A stretch of 62,859 nt of DNA, counting the filler. It is 7 parts of 7 records of this genome, joined end to end, with 100 filler letters (N's around TTAATTAATTAA, not from the genome) between each part and the next. Parts side by side here need not be neighbours in the genome. Positions count along the whole stretch, not along the records: positions 35,094 to 48,017 come from SRR31156797_4724; positions 48,118 to 56,228 come from SRR31156797_4728; 5 more parts are not named here. One strand, given 5' to 3'. Both the position numbers and the translations under genes were made by a program. The stretch's first letter is position 1. Each line of letters opens with the position of its first letter. This document shows positions 42,072 to 51,967 of the stretch, one piece after another. The notes under the pieces are model-generated. The model saw nothing but the letters and a program-made list of their open reading frames with translations, ran no database searches and was not told the origin of the DNA.

Positions 42072-43649
42072 CTACTCTCCAAAAGGAACGGCGATTCCCA
42101 ATTCCTTACAGTAACCGGCAATTTCCTGGTTCACTTCCAAGAGCTCTTTATCCAGATCAACGATGCTGGCAGCCACTGCATCAAGGTCTACGGGCTCTTC
42201 TTCTTCAAAGGTATCCACATAACGGGGTATGTTCAGATTATAATCGTTTTCCACAATTTCATCTAAACTAGCAATGTAGGAATATTTATCCTTCCCTAAC
42301 CTATTACGATAGGTCTTTACGATTTCCTCCACATCACCGTCCCGAAGAGCGTTCTGATTCCCCTCTTTAATGAAATGATCATCCCCGGAAGCATCGATGA
42401 ATACTATATTGTCATCCGCCTCCCGGCATTTTTTAAATACCAGTATACATGTGGGGATCGATGTTCCATAAAAGATATTGGCTGGCAGACCAATCACCGC
42501 ATCCAGATAATTCAGTTCTTTTATCAGATATTTCCGAATAATGCCTTCTGCTGCTCCCCGGAAAAGAACTCCGTGAGGAAGAACTGTAGCCATGATGCCG
42601 TTATCCGTCAGTTGGTGGATCATATGGAGAACGAAAGCATAATCGGCTTTAGTCTTTGGAGCCAGCTTGCCATATTGGCTAAACCTTTCATCAGTGCTGT
42701 ATAAGGGATTGGCATCCCCTTTCCAATGGGCAGAGAAGGGAGGATTTGCCACCACCGCTTCAAAACGTTCTTCGATGTGCTGTGGATTCTCCAAAGTGTC
42801 TTCATGTCGGATATCGAATTGTCTATAGTGAACTCCGTGGAGTATCATATTCATACGAGCAAGGTTGTAGGTGGTCCTATTCATTTCCTGCCCGAAAAAC
42901 TCGCTAACGTCTGATACTTCTTTGGCTACTCGTAGCAATAATGAGCCGGATCCGCATGTGGGATCATATACTGATTTCAGTCTGGATTTCCCGGTGGTCA
43001 CGACTTTCGCCAGAATCTTGGATACTTGCTGGGGCGTATAGAATTCGCCAGCAGATTTACCAGCGCCAGCAGCAAATTTACTGATCAAATACTCATAGGC
43101 ATCACCAAGCAAGTCAGATTTGGTATCTTCCAACTGGAAATCGATTTTATCCAGATGATTCAGGATCTTAACAATTACTTCATTACGGGCACTGACGGTC
43201 CGTCCTATCTTTGTTGAATTAAGATCCAGATCTTCAAACAGAGCGTTGAAATCTTCTTCTGACTCCGTCCCCATAGTGCTTTGCTCGATATGATTCATTA
43301 CCGCTTGAAGATCTTCAATGATGTAATTGCTTTCGTGTTCGGTATCGGCACTGCCTTTACGTGCCAGTTTAGAGAAAAGTTCTTTAGGAAGGAGGAAATA
43401 GCCAAGAGTTTGTAGGGACTCTTCTTTGATAGCATCCAGGATTTCAAGATCCGTTATGTTTATATAATCAGTTACCTCTTCTCCTTCGAGAAGGTGATTA
43501 GCATAGAGATACTGTTTTTCGCTTAAGTACTTATAAAAAATGAAGCCCAAAATGTAATCACGGTAATCATCTGCGCTTATTTTTCCTCTGAGGAGATTGG
43601 CTATTCCCCAGAGTTGAGCTTCTAATATTTTTTTTTGGTCTTCTGACAT
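42072..43649 (-). CDS. hsdM: Type I RM methyltransferase (m6A)
   Basis: GDAYEYLI, GEFYTP, DPTCGSGSLL, NPPF, YNLNIPRYVD. Confidence 0.96.
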   Translation of the reverse strand: MSEDQKKILEAQLWGIANLLRGKISADDYRDYILGFIFYKYLSEKQYLYANHLLEGEEVTDYINITDLEILDAIKEESLQTLGYFLLPKELFSKLARKGSADTEHESNYIIEDLQAVMNHIEQSTMGTESEEDFNALFEDLDLNSTKIGRTVSARNEVIVKILNHLDKIDFQLEDTKSDLLGDAYEYLISKFAAGAGKSAGEFYTPQQVSKILAKVVTTGKSRLKSVYDPTCGSGSLLLRVAKEVSDVSEFFGQEMNRTTYNLARMNMILHGVHYRQFDIRHEDTLENPQHIEERFEAVVANPPFSAHWKGDANPLYSTDERFSQYGKLAPKTKADYAFVLHMIHQLTDNGIMATVLPHGVLFRGAAEGIIRKYLIKELNYLDAVIGLPANIFYGTSIPTCILVFKKCREADDNIVFIDASGDDHFIKEGNQNALRDGDVEEIVKTYRNRLGKDKYSYIASLDEIVENDYNLNIPRYVDTFEEEEPVDLDAVAASIVDLDKELLEVNQEIAGYCKELGIAVPFGE

Positions 43650-43896
43650 TATGATTTCACTTCCTTCACCAAGAATGATTTTTAATTACTATTTATTTAT
43701 TTGCTACATCATAGAATGATGAAATGTATATTTTTATTGATAATAGTTATTTCTTAAGAGTATAAGCTACTCCTTATCAGAATCACGTTCTCCTTTAAAT
43801 ACTTCGCATGATCTTAGCATAATGCTTCATATGTAATCGATACATACACTCATATAGGGAAAGATATTACAACAGCCAAAATATTCCAACGGAAAA

Positions 43897-44289
43897 TTAT
43901 ATTTTCGATTTTATATAAGTTAGGATTTCTTTTGCATCTGTTATACCAATCGGTTTATAAAAGATTTGAATAATTGGGAGTCCTCTCTTCTTTAATTGAA
44001 TGTCAATATCCTGATGGCCTGTTATAATTGAAATTTTTTCATTTGAAAATGAGTTAGATTCAAGTAATTGAAAGATTCCTATTCCGTCACGATGACTATC
44101 TTCTTTTAATTCAATATCTAACAATATATAATCAAAGTCCCTAATCGTCGAGACATTGAAATCACTTGAAATTTTATCTTTTACATTAAAGTTGAATTGA
44201 CTATCAAAAAAAGCTTGATTTACATATAGGAACTGACTCTCTAATAAATCAAATCTGTCTTCAAAAAATAAAAGTTCAATTTTTTTCAT
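43897..44289 (-). CDS. Stand-alone receiver (CheY-like) domain protein
   Basis: FFED, ILLDIEL...DG, IITGH, YKP. Confidence 0.7.
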   Translation of the reverse strand: MKKIELLFFEDRFDLLESQFLYVNQAFFDSQFNFNVKDKISSDFNVSTIRDFDYILLDIELKEDSHRDGIGIFQLLESNSFSNEKISIITGHQDIDIQLKKRGLPIIQIFYKPIGITDAKEILTYIKSKI

Positions 44290-45973
44290 GATTACCTCCA
44301 GTTATAGGAATATATAGATCAAAAATGATCATTTTTGAAGAATTATCAACTCTTAACTTGATATTATATCCTAAAGTCTTACAAATATTTTGAATCTGGT
44401 ATAATCCATGGTTTTTTGCTTTTAATATCTCCTCCTTACTATCGTTATTAAAAGCTGTTAAAGAATCTCGTAACACACGAATATTATTATTTGATGTCTT
44501 ATTTTGAAAGCTACATATTAGTTTATCAGTCAAGAAATTTATTAAAATCTTATTTTCTCCTATTGAATACTTGAAAATATTCGAAATTAAATTATCAATT
44601 AATGTTTCATATGTATTCTTTTGAAATTCAAAAATTGATAACTTATCGAATTTATCAAATCCTGAGGTTACGATTTGCAACTCACTTCCAAAATATTTTT
44701 GCCATGTATCACGTATAATACTAATTATTTTCTGATAATTAAATTTTTGATTTTGTTGCATAGAGACAATATCAATCGATCCTCCAAGGATATAATACGA
44801 ATGTTCTTCTATGTCATGTATTATAGACTTAATTCTTTCCTGTTCTCTTTGAATATAATTGTATTCAGCATTGTTATCTAATCTGCTATTTTCAAAATAG
44901 ATATCAACTACTTCTAAATATCCCTTTAGTGGAGACATTTGATTTTTAACGAAATGCATTGCATTATGTACATCATTAATAAATGACAAGTTTTCTTTAT
45001 ATATTTGTTGTAGTTCCAAAGTTTGCATTTTAATATCAATATTAAATTTAACAATTCTTGAGATGAAAATCAAAGCCTTTGAAACAAGAGTCTCTAACTT
45101 CATCGTATGGTAATAGTTATTATTCCCCTTTAATGTAAATACATAAAGATACTCAGTTTCTTTAAACTTTATCACCATAGCAAAATTACTTGGCCAATCC
45201 TTCCCCTCAATATTTATTTTTATATCAGATATACTCTTTCCACTTCGAGCCCTATTGATAGTTTCCATTCGATCGCTAATTCTGTAATTTACAATGAAAT
45301 TAGTAGCATATCTAATAAGTATATTATTATTCACTATTTCAAAACAATAAATGTCATTAATATTCATTGTATGATTCTTGTTCAACCCATCTTTCAAATT
45401 CTGAAGAACTCTGAATGCGACTTGATTCTCATCAACACTAATATTTTCATAATACTCAACTGCAGATTGTTCATAATAGTCAGCTAATAAATTAAAGTAG
45501 TTTCTAATTCTATAAGTAATAATAACTACAAAAGAAAATAGAGAAAACAAAAGAAACGGCTTATTAAAGCTAATACAAAGAAGTTGATATAAAAAGGACC
45601 ATGTGATAAGAAAAAGTATTGTTTTACGAATACTTATTCTATCTGCAGTATGGTTACCATAATTCACTAATGGTAAAATATAAAACAAGAAAAACGGTAT
45701 AGAATCTACATTCTCACCATAGAGTATTGAACTGATAAATAGTAAATCAATATAAGATCTTACTTGCGCGTATTCTTTTTTCTTAGATCGTAAATAAAAA
45801 AATATTGCAAAGTATAATATGCTAATAAAGGCATAAAACCATTTATTAATTTGAAAAGTTTCTTTCTGCGTAAATATCAGGGCAATTGCGGCTATAACAA
45901 TATTTAATCTATAAATATAAGAAAATGAATACATAATTAATCTATTTAATGAATCATAGAATTGTTTAATCAT
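44276..45973 (-). CDS. Multi-TM sensor histidine kinase-like protein with a divergent ATP-binding domain
   Basis: ~6 N-terminal TM segments; H-box-like MHFVKNQMSPL; N-box LIDNLISNIFKYS; G2-like NHGL; no canonical DxGxG. Confidence 0.65.
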   Translation of the reverse strand: MIKQFYDSLNRLIMYSFSYIYRLNIVIAAIALIFTQKETFQINKWFYAFISILYFAIFFYLRSKKKEYAQVRSYIDLLFISSILYGENVDSIPFFLFYILPLVNYGNHTADRISIRKTILFLITWSFLYQLLCISFNKPFLLFSLFSFVVIITYRIRNYFNLLADYYEQSAVEYYENISVDENQVAFRVLQNLKDGLNKNHTMNINDIYCFEIVNNNILIRYATNFIVNYRISDRMETINRARSGKSISDIKINIEGKDWPSNFAMVIKFKETEYLYVFTLKGNNNYYHTMKLETLVSKALIFISRIVKFNIDIKMQTLELQQIYKENLSFINDVHNAMHFVKNQMSPLKGYLEVVDIYFENSRLDNNAEYNYIQREQERIKSIIHDIEEHSYYILGGSIDIVSMQQNQKFNYQKIISIIRDTWQKYFGSELQIVTSGFDKFDKLSIFEFQKNTYETLIDNLISNIFKYSIGENKILINFLTDKLICSFQNKTSNNNIRVLRDSLTAFNNDSKEEILKAKNHGLYQIQNICKTLGYNIKLRVDNSSKMIIFDLYIPITGGNHEKN

Positions 45974-46679
45974 TGAAACTCATCCTTTTATATATTTCAT
46001 TCATAATATAAATACCAAAGATTATATAATATAGTCCTTTTATCAAAACATAAAAAACAACACCTAAAAAACAATTTGGGATTATATTCAAATCAAAATC
46101 AAAATTGAAAATAAATGTTGATGATATCAGCATCTGATTAACAATCAACAAATTACTTTGATCAATACCTTTAATATCATACATTGCCATCCAATCAGTT
46201 GGTGCTGGGAGGAATATTATTGAAAGGAAAGAGTATAGAACTATAATTGAAACCAACATTTTATTGAGAGAGAGCGTAGGAAATAAAAGAATAGATTTTA
46301 ATAGATAACCTTTTTTTTTAAGTGTCAAATATTCTTCATATTTAGATTTAATTATCTTTCTATTTAAATCATATACAAGATCATTATTTGAGTATTCAAC
46401 TGCTTTTCTCTTTATGAAGTATAAAAGTTTTGTTTTTTGTTCTATTGGGAAGTGATCTATAATTCTATATATTTTTTCAAGATTGATTATATCATACCCA
46501 TAATTATTGTTGTCCATTGAGTCGAATTGTTCCAATATCATTGTTTTACAAAGTAAATAGCAATTATCAGAAAGAGAGTTATTTGTAATTTTATAATCGA
46601 GCAATGCATATATTAGATGAGATTTCTCCAATCCATTTGCATTTGAAATCTTATCTTTTATTTCTTGATCGAAATCCAT
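45966..46679 (-). CDS. Hypothetical membrane protein (helical N-terminus + TM-loop-TM C-terminus)
   Basis: Hydrophobic segments near aa 140-157 and 203-225; overlaps the kinase start. Confidence 0.6.
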   Translation of the reverse strand: MDFDQEIKDKISNANGLEKSHLIYALLDYKITNNSLSDNCYLLCKTMILEQFDSMDNNNYGYDIINLEKIYRIIDHFPIEQKTKLLYFIKRKAVEYSNNDLVYDLNRKIIKSKYEEYLTLKKKGYLLKSILLFPTLSLNKMLVSIIVLYSFLSIIFLPAPTDWMAMYDIKGIDQSNLLIVNQMLISSTFIFNFDFDLNIIPNCFLGVVFYVLIKGLYYIIFGIYIMNEIYKRMSFND

Positions 46680-46816
46680 TTTTCCCCTTTTAGATTTAAC
46701 TAATTCCTTACAGATTACCTCAATATTAATCGCCTAATATGTACCTGCTAGAATAGACCAACCAATGATTACACCGCCTACCCACTATATAATTACCTAA
46801 TTTGCAAACCTCTCCC

Positions 46817-46944
46817 GCGTCAGGGATAGGAGCGTTTCCTTCTCCCCGGCCAGGGCGGAGCGATGAGAGTAGCCCGAACAGGCCGGGGGACCAGAAGGAA
46901 GTAGCGGATAGCCCGGCCCTGCAGCTTGCTGCGGGGAGACGCCC
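46817..46944 (-). ncRNA. Flavo-1-like structured RNA / repeat element
   Basis: Minus strand GGGCGT-(hairpin)-CCGGGCTATCCGCTAC-TTCCTTCT...AGAAGGAA-ACGCTCCTATCCCTGACGC resembles, from memory, the Flavo-1 motif layout known from Bacteroidota and Spirochaetota. Confidence 0.6.
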
Positions 46945-47041
46945 ATATCTACTATACGCCCTGTGACCAATAAATTAAAGTCATTTACTTTAAACAGCTG
47001 TATGTCAGTGTATTAAGATTGCCTTGATAGTTGCAGAAGCC

Positions 47042-47335
47042 TCAGTAACGCCTGTTGCGGTACAGATAGAAGCCGAAGCCCAGGGCGTAGAACAAGTAGG
47101 GTAGCAGCTGGAGGATGCCGAACCAGAGGGGAACGGGACGGATGCCGTCCAGAACCAGGGGGAGGATGCCTACGGTGGCGAGGATTTCGATCATCAGGGA
47201 GACAAAGGAGATAAGTGTGCCTGCGATTATAAGGACCCAGGACTCCTCACGGGTGCGGGACCAGACCCATATGGCCAGGAAGGAGGCGAGGAAGCTCACG
47301 GCGGCGCGGCCGATCAGGAGTGCGGGTTCGGACAT
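47042..47335 (-). CDS. Small membrane protein (3 TM), hypothetical
   Basis: Hydrophobic; FLAIWVWSRTRE..W; GGAG RBS. Confidence 0.65.
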   Translation of the reverse strand: MSEPALLIGRAAVSFLASFLAIWVWSRTREESWVLIIAGTLISFVSLMIEILATVGILPLVLDGIRPVPLWFGILQLLPYLFYALGFGFYLYRNRRY

Positions 47336-47341
47336 GGGGCC

Positions 47342-48016
47342 TTACTCTCCATTGAAGTGGCGGCCTGTCAGTTTGAGGTCCGACGGGCTTAAGACACGGG
47401 GCAGGATACTGGGCAGCTCCGGCTCCGGTGACAACAGTATACCATGGCTCAGGGCCTTGCGGAACTCTTCTTCATAGGCTTCAGGGGCTCCTTTGTATTG
47501 AAGGTAGGGGCCGTCCTGCTCCCAGAGGGGAGAGGCGTAGTCGGGATAGCTAATATTGGGAGACTTCTCCAGGGCGCCGATCAGGCTCCAGAGAGTCCGG
47601 CTTAAGGCCGCGGCCAGTACGGGGGAAGGAAGGTCCCCGGGGTGCAGTTCCTTTTTGGACAGGAGTATGATTCCTGCTTTCAGTCCCGGCAGGGGGAGAA
47701 GCGGACGCACTGCTGCATTTAGGTCCTTTGACGTCGGCCAGGGTGTACCGGGGCGCCAGAGAACGGCGTCCACGGGGGAATGGCCTGTGTAGTAGGCGGC
47801 CTCCGTAAACTCGGCGGCACCAAAGACCTTGGGCAGGGCCCGGGCGGCCTTGAGCAGCTTCCCCTCTTCCGGTGAGGGATAGGGGGCGTAAACGCCCCGG
47901 CTCAGGGTGTTCTTGAGCTGCAGGGAGACACCCTCGGGACGGTGCCCCAGCCAGGCCCGGCCGCCGTCCTGAAAGAGGTCCAGGATTCTGTTTCCCGAGG
48001 AGTCGTAGAGATAGTA
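47342..48016 (-). CDS. Divergent PLP-dependent aminotransferase class-III-like protein (5' truncated)
   Basis: The frame of ORF 47342..47773 stays open to the contig edge: YYLYDSSGNRILDLFQDGGRAWLGHRP. Confidence 0.55.
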   Translation of the reverse strand, partial: YYLYDSSGNRILDLFQDGGRAWLGHRPEGVSLQLKNTLSRGVYAPYPSPEEGKLLKAARALPKVFGAAEFTEAAYYTGHSPVDAVLWRPGTPWPTSKDLNAAVRPLLPLPGLKAGIILLSKKELHPGDLPSPVLAAALSRTLWSLIGALEKSPNISYPDYASPLWEQDGPYLQYKGAPEAYEEEFRKALSHGILLSPEPELPSILPRVLSPSDLKLTGRHFNGE

Positions 48017-48017
48017 A

Positions 48018-48117
48018 NNNNNNNNNNNNNNNNNNNNNNNNNNNNNNNNNNNNNNNNNNNNTTAATTAATTAANNNNNNNNNNNNNNNNNNNNNNNNNNN
48101 NNNNNNNNNNNNNNNNN
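48018..48117. other. Artificial contig linker
   Basis: N-run with TTAATTAATTAA. Confidence 0.98.
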
Positions 48118-48186
48118 AATGGATTCTGCCCCTACACAGTATTGTGTAATTATTTTTGCAGTTCATTATAAATTAAAATTAATTTT

Positions 48187-49833
48187 TTAGAATGTGTATC
48201 TAACAGATAATCCAACTGAGCTCGAATCAGTCCATTTAGTATATGTATCATAACTATCAGCTAAACTATCAGCTAGATACTCAGCTATATCTTCAGTAGT
48301 TACATCATTTTGTCCATCTGAATTATTATCAAATCCGTTTGTGTTAACAAATGTGATTAAAGAACTTGCATCAGTTACTCCATAAGCAGATAAAGCCGTG
48401 ATTAAATCTGCAGCACTGCTAAATCCGTAAGCTTTTAAAGCACCTAATTCAGCAGCAACTAATGTTGCAGAACCATCTGTATATCCTAACTCATTCTCAA
48501 GTACTTCTGTAATTTCACTAATATCCTCAGCAGTAGGGTCTGTATTTACACTAGTACTAATTAATCCGTTATAAAAAACAGTTATAGTTAAATTTTCAGT
48601 CATATCAACAGAAGCTTCAATATGGTACATTGCATCTGCACCTGATAATGATGAAATAGCAGTAGAATCACCTGTAATTCCTAAGAATTTTCCGTCTCCT
48701 CCTGAATAAGCTTTCCCTGTAGTAAAATCAGTTAATTCAACTGATTCAACACCGTAATCAATATATCCATCACTTACACCGCCAAGACCATCATAGTCTT
48801 CACTCTCAACATTTGAGTATTCAGCAGCAAATTTAACTTTCTTTTCTCTAATAGAAGTATTATATACTATTCCCATAGTTTGGATTTCTACACCGACTTC
48901 TTTAGCATCAGGTGTTTCATCCTGCCAGTCAATTTCAAGTACATCAAAACTTTGTGCCTCTTCTCCGTTTAATGATTGGTACCCTATAAATGGCATTAAT
49001 GAACTTCCGTTAGCTAATTCAAAAGAATAAGTTAACTGAGTGTTGAAAACACCAGTTTCATAATCATAATCGGCATCTTTTGAAGTAGTTCCCCCGTCGA
49101 CATTATTTATATCATAATCGCCTCTTGCACCAAGAGCATATTGATAAGCTGCGTTAAATCCAAAATTTCCTACTTTACTTTCTCCCCATATTACATGAGT
49201 TATAGAATAATCATCATCATATCTAACTCCACTTTGAAGCAGATCGGAACTACCCTTTACAATTTGGTAACCAATTCCTGTATCTTTTGAAAAATACATA
49301 TCTAAACCGATCATAGGTTTTTCTCTAAGTCCGGTACCACTATAAGCGACAAAATCATCTTCGAAATCTCCAGAGAATTTATTACTATATGCAGCATTAA
49401 TTGTTTGTTTTGATGTAGATTGTCCAATAGTAAGTCCAAAAGGTCTTTGTCCTTTAATTTCAGGTCTCCACATAACAAATGCATGTTCTAATATTAATGC
49501 TCCGTCAGCATCATCGGGATCGTTAGGATCAACTTCTAGTGATAAATAGTTGAAAAAAGTCGTTTCTCCAAGTTTTCCTGAATAAAAAGCTAAGTCTAAC
49601 TCATATCTGCCAAATTGCTCATCTCTTTCGTCAGCGCCTTCTCTAGCGAAAACGTCTATATCCGGACTATCCAGTGCAGTTTCATAATCGTCTTGAGATT
49701 TGAAATATGCCTCAGCACTTCCTTTGAATTTGATTGCGTAATCTCCTAGTTGATCTTCCATAAATGTGATGTCACTTGCAAAAGTGTTAAAGAACAGGCC
49801 AAGACCTAATCCAAGTGTTGCTAATTTTTTCAT
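48187..49833 (-). CDS. Outer-membrane beta-barrel (porin-like) protein with large acidic insertions
   Basis: Signal peptide MKKLATLGLGLGLFFNTFA after GGAGG; alternating beta-strand pattern; C-terminal VGLSVRYTF barrel signature. Confidence 0.7.
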   Translation of the reverse strand: MKKLATLGLGLGLFFNTFASDITFMEDQLGDYAIKFKGSAEAYFKSQDDYETALDSPDIDVFAREGADERDEQFGRYELDLAFYSGKLGETTFFNYLSLEVDPNDPDDADGALILEHAFVMWRPEIKGQRPFGLTIGQSTSKQTINAAYSNKFSGDFEDDFVAYSGTGLREKPMIGLDMYFSKDTGIGYQIVKGSSDLLQSGVRYDDDYSITHVIWGESKVGNFGFNAAYQYALGARGDYDINNVDGGTTSKDADYDYETGVFNTQLTYSFELANGSSLMPFIGYQSLNGEEAQSFDVLEIDWQDETPDAKEVGVEIQTMGIVYNTSIREKKVKFAAEYSNVESEDYDGLGGVSDGYIDYGVESVELTDFTTGKAYSGGDGKFLGITGDSTAISSLSGADAMYHIEASVDMTENLTITVFYNGLISTSVNTDPTAEDISEITEVLENELGYTDGSATLVAAELGALKAYGFSSAADLITALSAYGVTDASSLITFVNTNGFDNNSDGQNDVTTEDIAEYLADSLADSYDTYTKWTDSSSVGLSVRYTF

Positions 49834-49893
49834 TATTTTCCTCCATAATTTTCGAATTAAACACACCTGTTAGATAACGGGTGTGAGAGTTAA

Positions 49894-49922
49894 ATTATAT
49901 AGCTTTTAGTGTGAAAAGTCAA
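49894..49922 (-). promoter_or_regulatory. Sigma70 promoter for the porin gene
   Basis: TTGACT-17 nt-TATAAT, followed by a 5' hairpin CACACC...GGTGTG (49862-49885). Confidence 0.7.
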
Positions 49923-50050
49923 AGGAAAATAATGACAATAGGACACGTGTTAAAAACAAAAATGTGAATTGAAAAATAAAATGAATAGTGTAATTTTATT
50001 TGAATACATTAGCGGAGAAAAGATTGACTTATTCAATTAAGTGTCGAAAT

Positions 50051-50083
50051 AAAAAATTCCATCCTGACTATACAGGATGGAAT
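50051..50083 (-). terminator. Intrinsic terminator of asnS
   Basis: ATTCCATCCTG-6 nt-CAGGATGGAAT followed by a U-tract on the minus strand. Confidence 0.75.
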
Positions 50084-50098
50084 AAATATTATATTTTT

Positions 50099-51493
50099 TT
50101 AGTATTCACAATGATTTGGAGTTCTTGGGAATGGGATTACGTCTCTGATATTTGACATACCAGTTACATACATTAGGATTCTTTCAAATCCTAATCCATA
50201 TCCAGAATGAGGTACTGAACCATATTTTCTAAGGTCAGTATAGAAGCTGTACTCTTCTTGATCAAGATCCATCTCTTCCATTCTTCTTACCAGAGTATCA
50301 AGATCATCTTCTCTTTGGCTTCCTCCAATGATTTCACCAATTCCAGGAGCTAACAGATCCATAGCTCTAACTGTTTTTTCATCTTCGTTAAGCTTCATAT
50401 AGAATGCTTTGATATCCTTTGGATAATCAGTTACGAATACAGGTTTTTTGAAATACTCTTCTGCTAAGAATCTTTCATGTTCTGTCTGAAGATCAATTCC
50501 CCATTTAACGTCAAATTCAAATTTCTTTTTAGCTTTTGATAAGATATCAATTGCTTCAGTATATGTAACTCTTGCGAATTCATTATTTAATACATTTTCT
50601 AATTTATCTTTTAATCCTTTTTCTACGAATTGATTGAAAAAAGCCATCTCTTCAGGTGCATTTTCAAATAAGTAAGAAATAACGTATTTGATCATCTCTT
50701 CTGCTACATCCATATTTACGTCTAAGTCAGCAAATGCAATTTCAGGTTCGATCATCCAGAATTCTGATGCATGTCTAGCTGTATTTGAATTTTCAGCTCT
50801 GAAAGTCGGTCCGAATGTATATACATTTCTAAATGCCATACAGTAAGTTTCTACGTTTAATTGTCCACTAACTGTTAAATTTGTTTCTTTACCAAAGAAA
50901 TCTTGTTTGAAATCCACTTCACCTTTATCAGTTTTAGGTGTATCTTTCATATCAAGAGTTGTTACTTTAAACATCTCTCCTGCACCTTCTGTGTCACTTC
51001 CAGTGATAATTGGTGTGTGTACATATACAAATCCGTTTTCTTGGAAAAATTGATGTATAGCAAATGATACTAATGATCTTACTCTAAATACTGCTGAGAA
51101 AGCATTTGTTCTTGGTCTTAAATGTGAAATTGTTCTTAGATACTCAAAAGAGTGTCTTTTATTCTGTAAAGGATAGTCAAGATCAGCTTTTTGGAATACT
51201 TCAATTTCTTTTGCTTTGATTTCGAAGTTTTGACCTTTTCCTTGAGATTCTACCAGTTCTCCCTTTACTGTTAATGAAGAAGCAATACTTAATCTTGATA
51301 CTTCATCATAGTTTGCTAAGAATTCTTCTTCGATTACTACCTGAACTCCTTTGAAGAAACTACCATCGTTAAGTTCGATAAATCCAAATCCTTTTGATCC
51401 TCTGATTTTTCTAACCCATCCAGAGATAGTTATTTCTTTACCTAAAAAATCTGATGTGTTTCTGTATAGATTTTTAACTGTTAATTGATTCAT
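50099..51493 (-). CDS. asnS: Asparagine--tRNA ligase
   Basis: [56 protein letters not shown]. Confidence 0.97.
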   Translation of the reverse strand: MNQLTVKNLYRNTSDFLGKEITISGWVRKIRGSKGFGFIELNDGSFFKGVQVVIEEEFLANYDEVSRLSIASSLTVKGELVESQGKGQNFEIKAKEIEVFQKADLDYPLQNKRHSFEYLRTISHLRPRTNAFSAVFRVRSLVSFAIHQFFQENGFVYVHTPIITGSDTEGAGEMFKVTTLDMKDTPKTDKGEVDFKQDFFGKETNLTVSGQLNVETYCMAFRNVYTFGPTFRAENSNTARHASEFWMIEPEIAFADLDVNMDVAEEMIKYVISYLFENAPEEMAFFNQFVEKGLKDKLENVLNNEFARVTYTEAIDILSKAKKKFEFDVKWGIDLQTEHERFLAEEYFKKPVFVTDYPKDIKAFYMKLNEDEKTVRAMDLLAPGIGEIIGGSQREDDLDTLVRRMEEMDLDQEEYSFYTDLRKYGSVPHSGYGLGFERILMYVTGMSNIRDVIPFPRTPNHCEY

Positions 51494-51656
51494 CTTTCCT
51501 CCTAGATTATTTTTATAAGTCAGAATGATTCAGTAAGATTTTTTAAAGTCAAAAGAAGCAATTTGACTTTGATACGAAAATCTTTTAGTCTGACTTAGGC
51601 TTAAAAATAATTATTTTAATCTTTCTTTTCACTAGACTATTAATAAAAAAATAATT

Positions 51657-51842
51657 TTAATTGACATCATCTTCGTGCACTACTTTTATACCATCTAAGT
51701 GACCTCTTACCTGAGCTCTAAACTGTTCAAGATATAGTTGTCTGTACTTTTGTCTTTCTTCAGCTTCTTCAGCTGTTAAATCTCTTTGTTTTGCAAGACC
51801 GGCATAGTAATTTACCATCTTGATTATTTCTTTCATTTCCAT
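51657..51842 (-). CDS. DUF896 (YnzC-like) small protein
   Basis: LT.EE..ERQ..RQ.YL..FR. Confidence 0.8.
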   Translation of the reverse strand: MEMKEIIKMVNYYAGLAKQRDLTAEEAEERQKYRQLYLEQFRAQVRGHLDGIKVVHEDDVN

Positions 51843-51937
51843 TATATACTACTCCTTAATATTTATAAAACTTATATTATTTTTAGTAAATTAGTGTGTA
51901 CAAAATATACTTACATTTTTAGTAAAAATACCTATCT

Positions 51938-51967
51938 ATTATACTCGCTGAAACCTTTATTTGTCAA
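51938..51967 (-). promoter_or_regulatory. Sigma70 promoter for DUF896-asnS
   Basis: TTGACA-18 nt-TATAAT. Confidence 0.65.
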
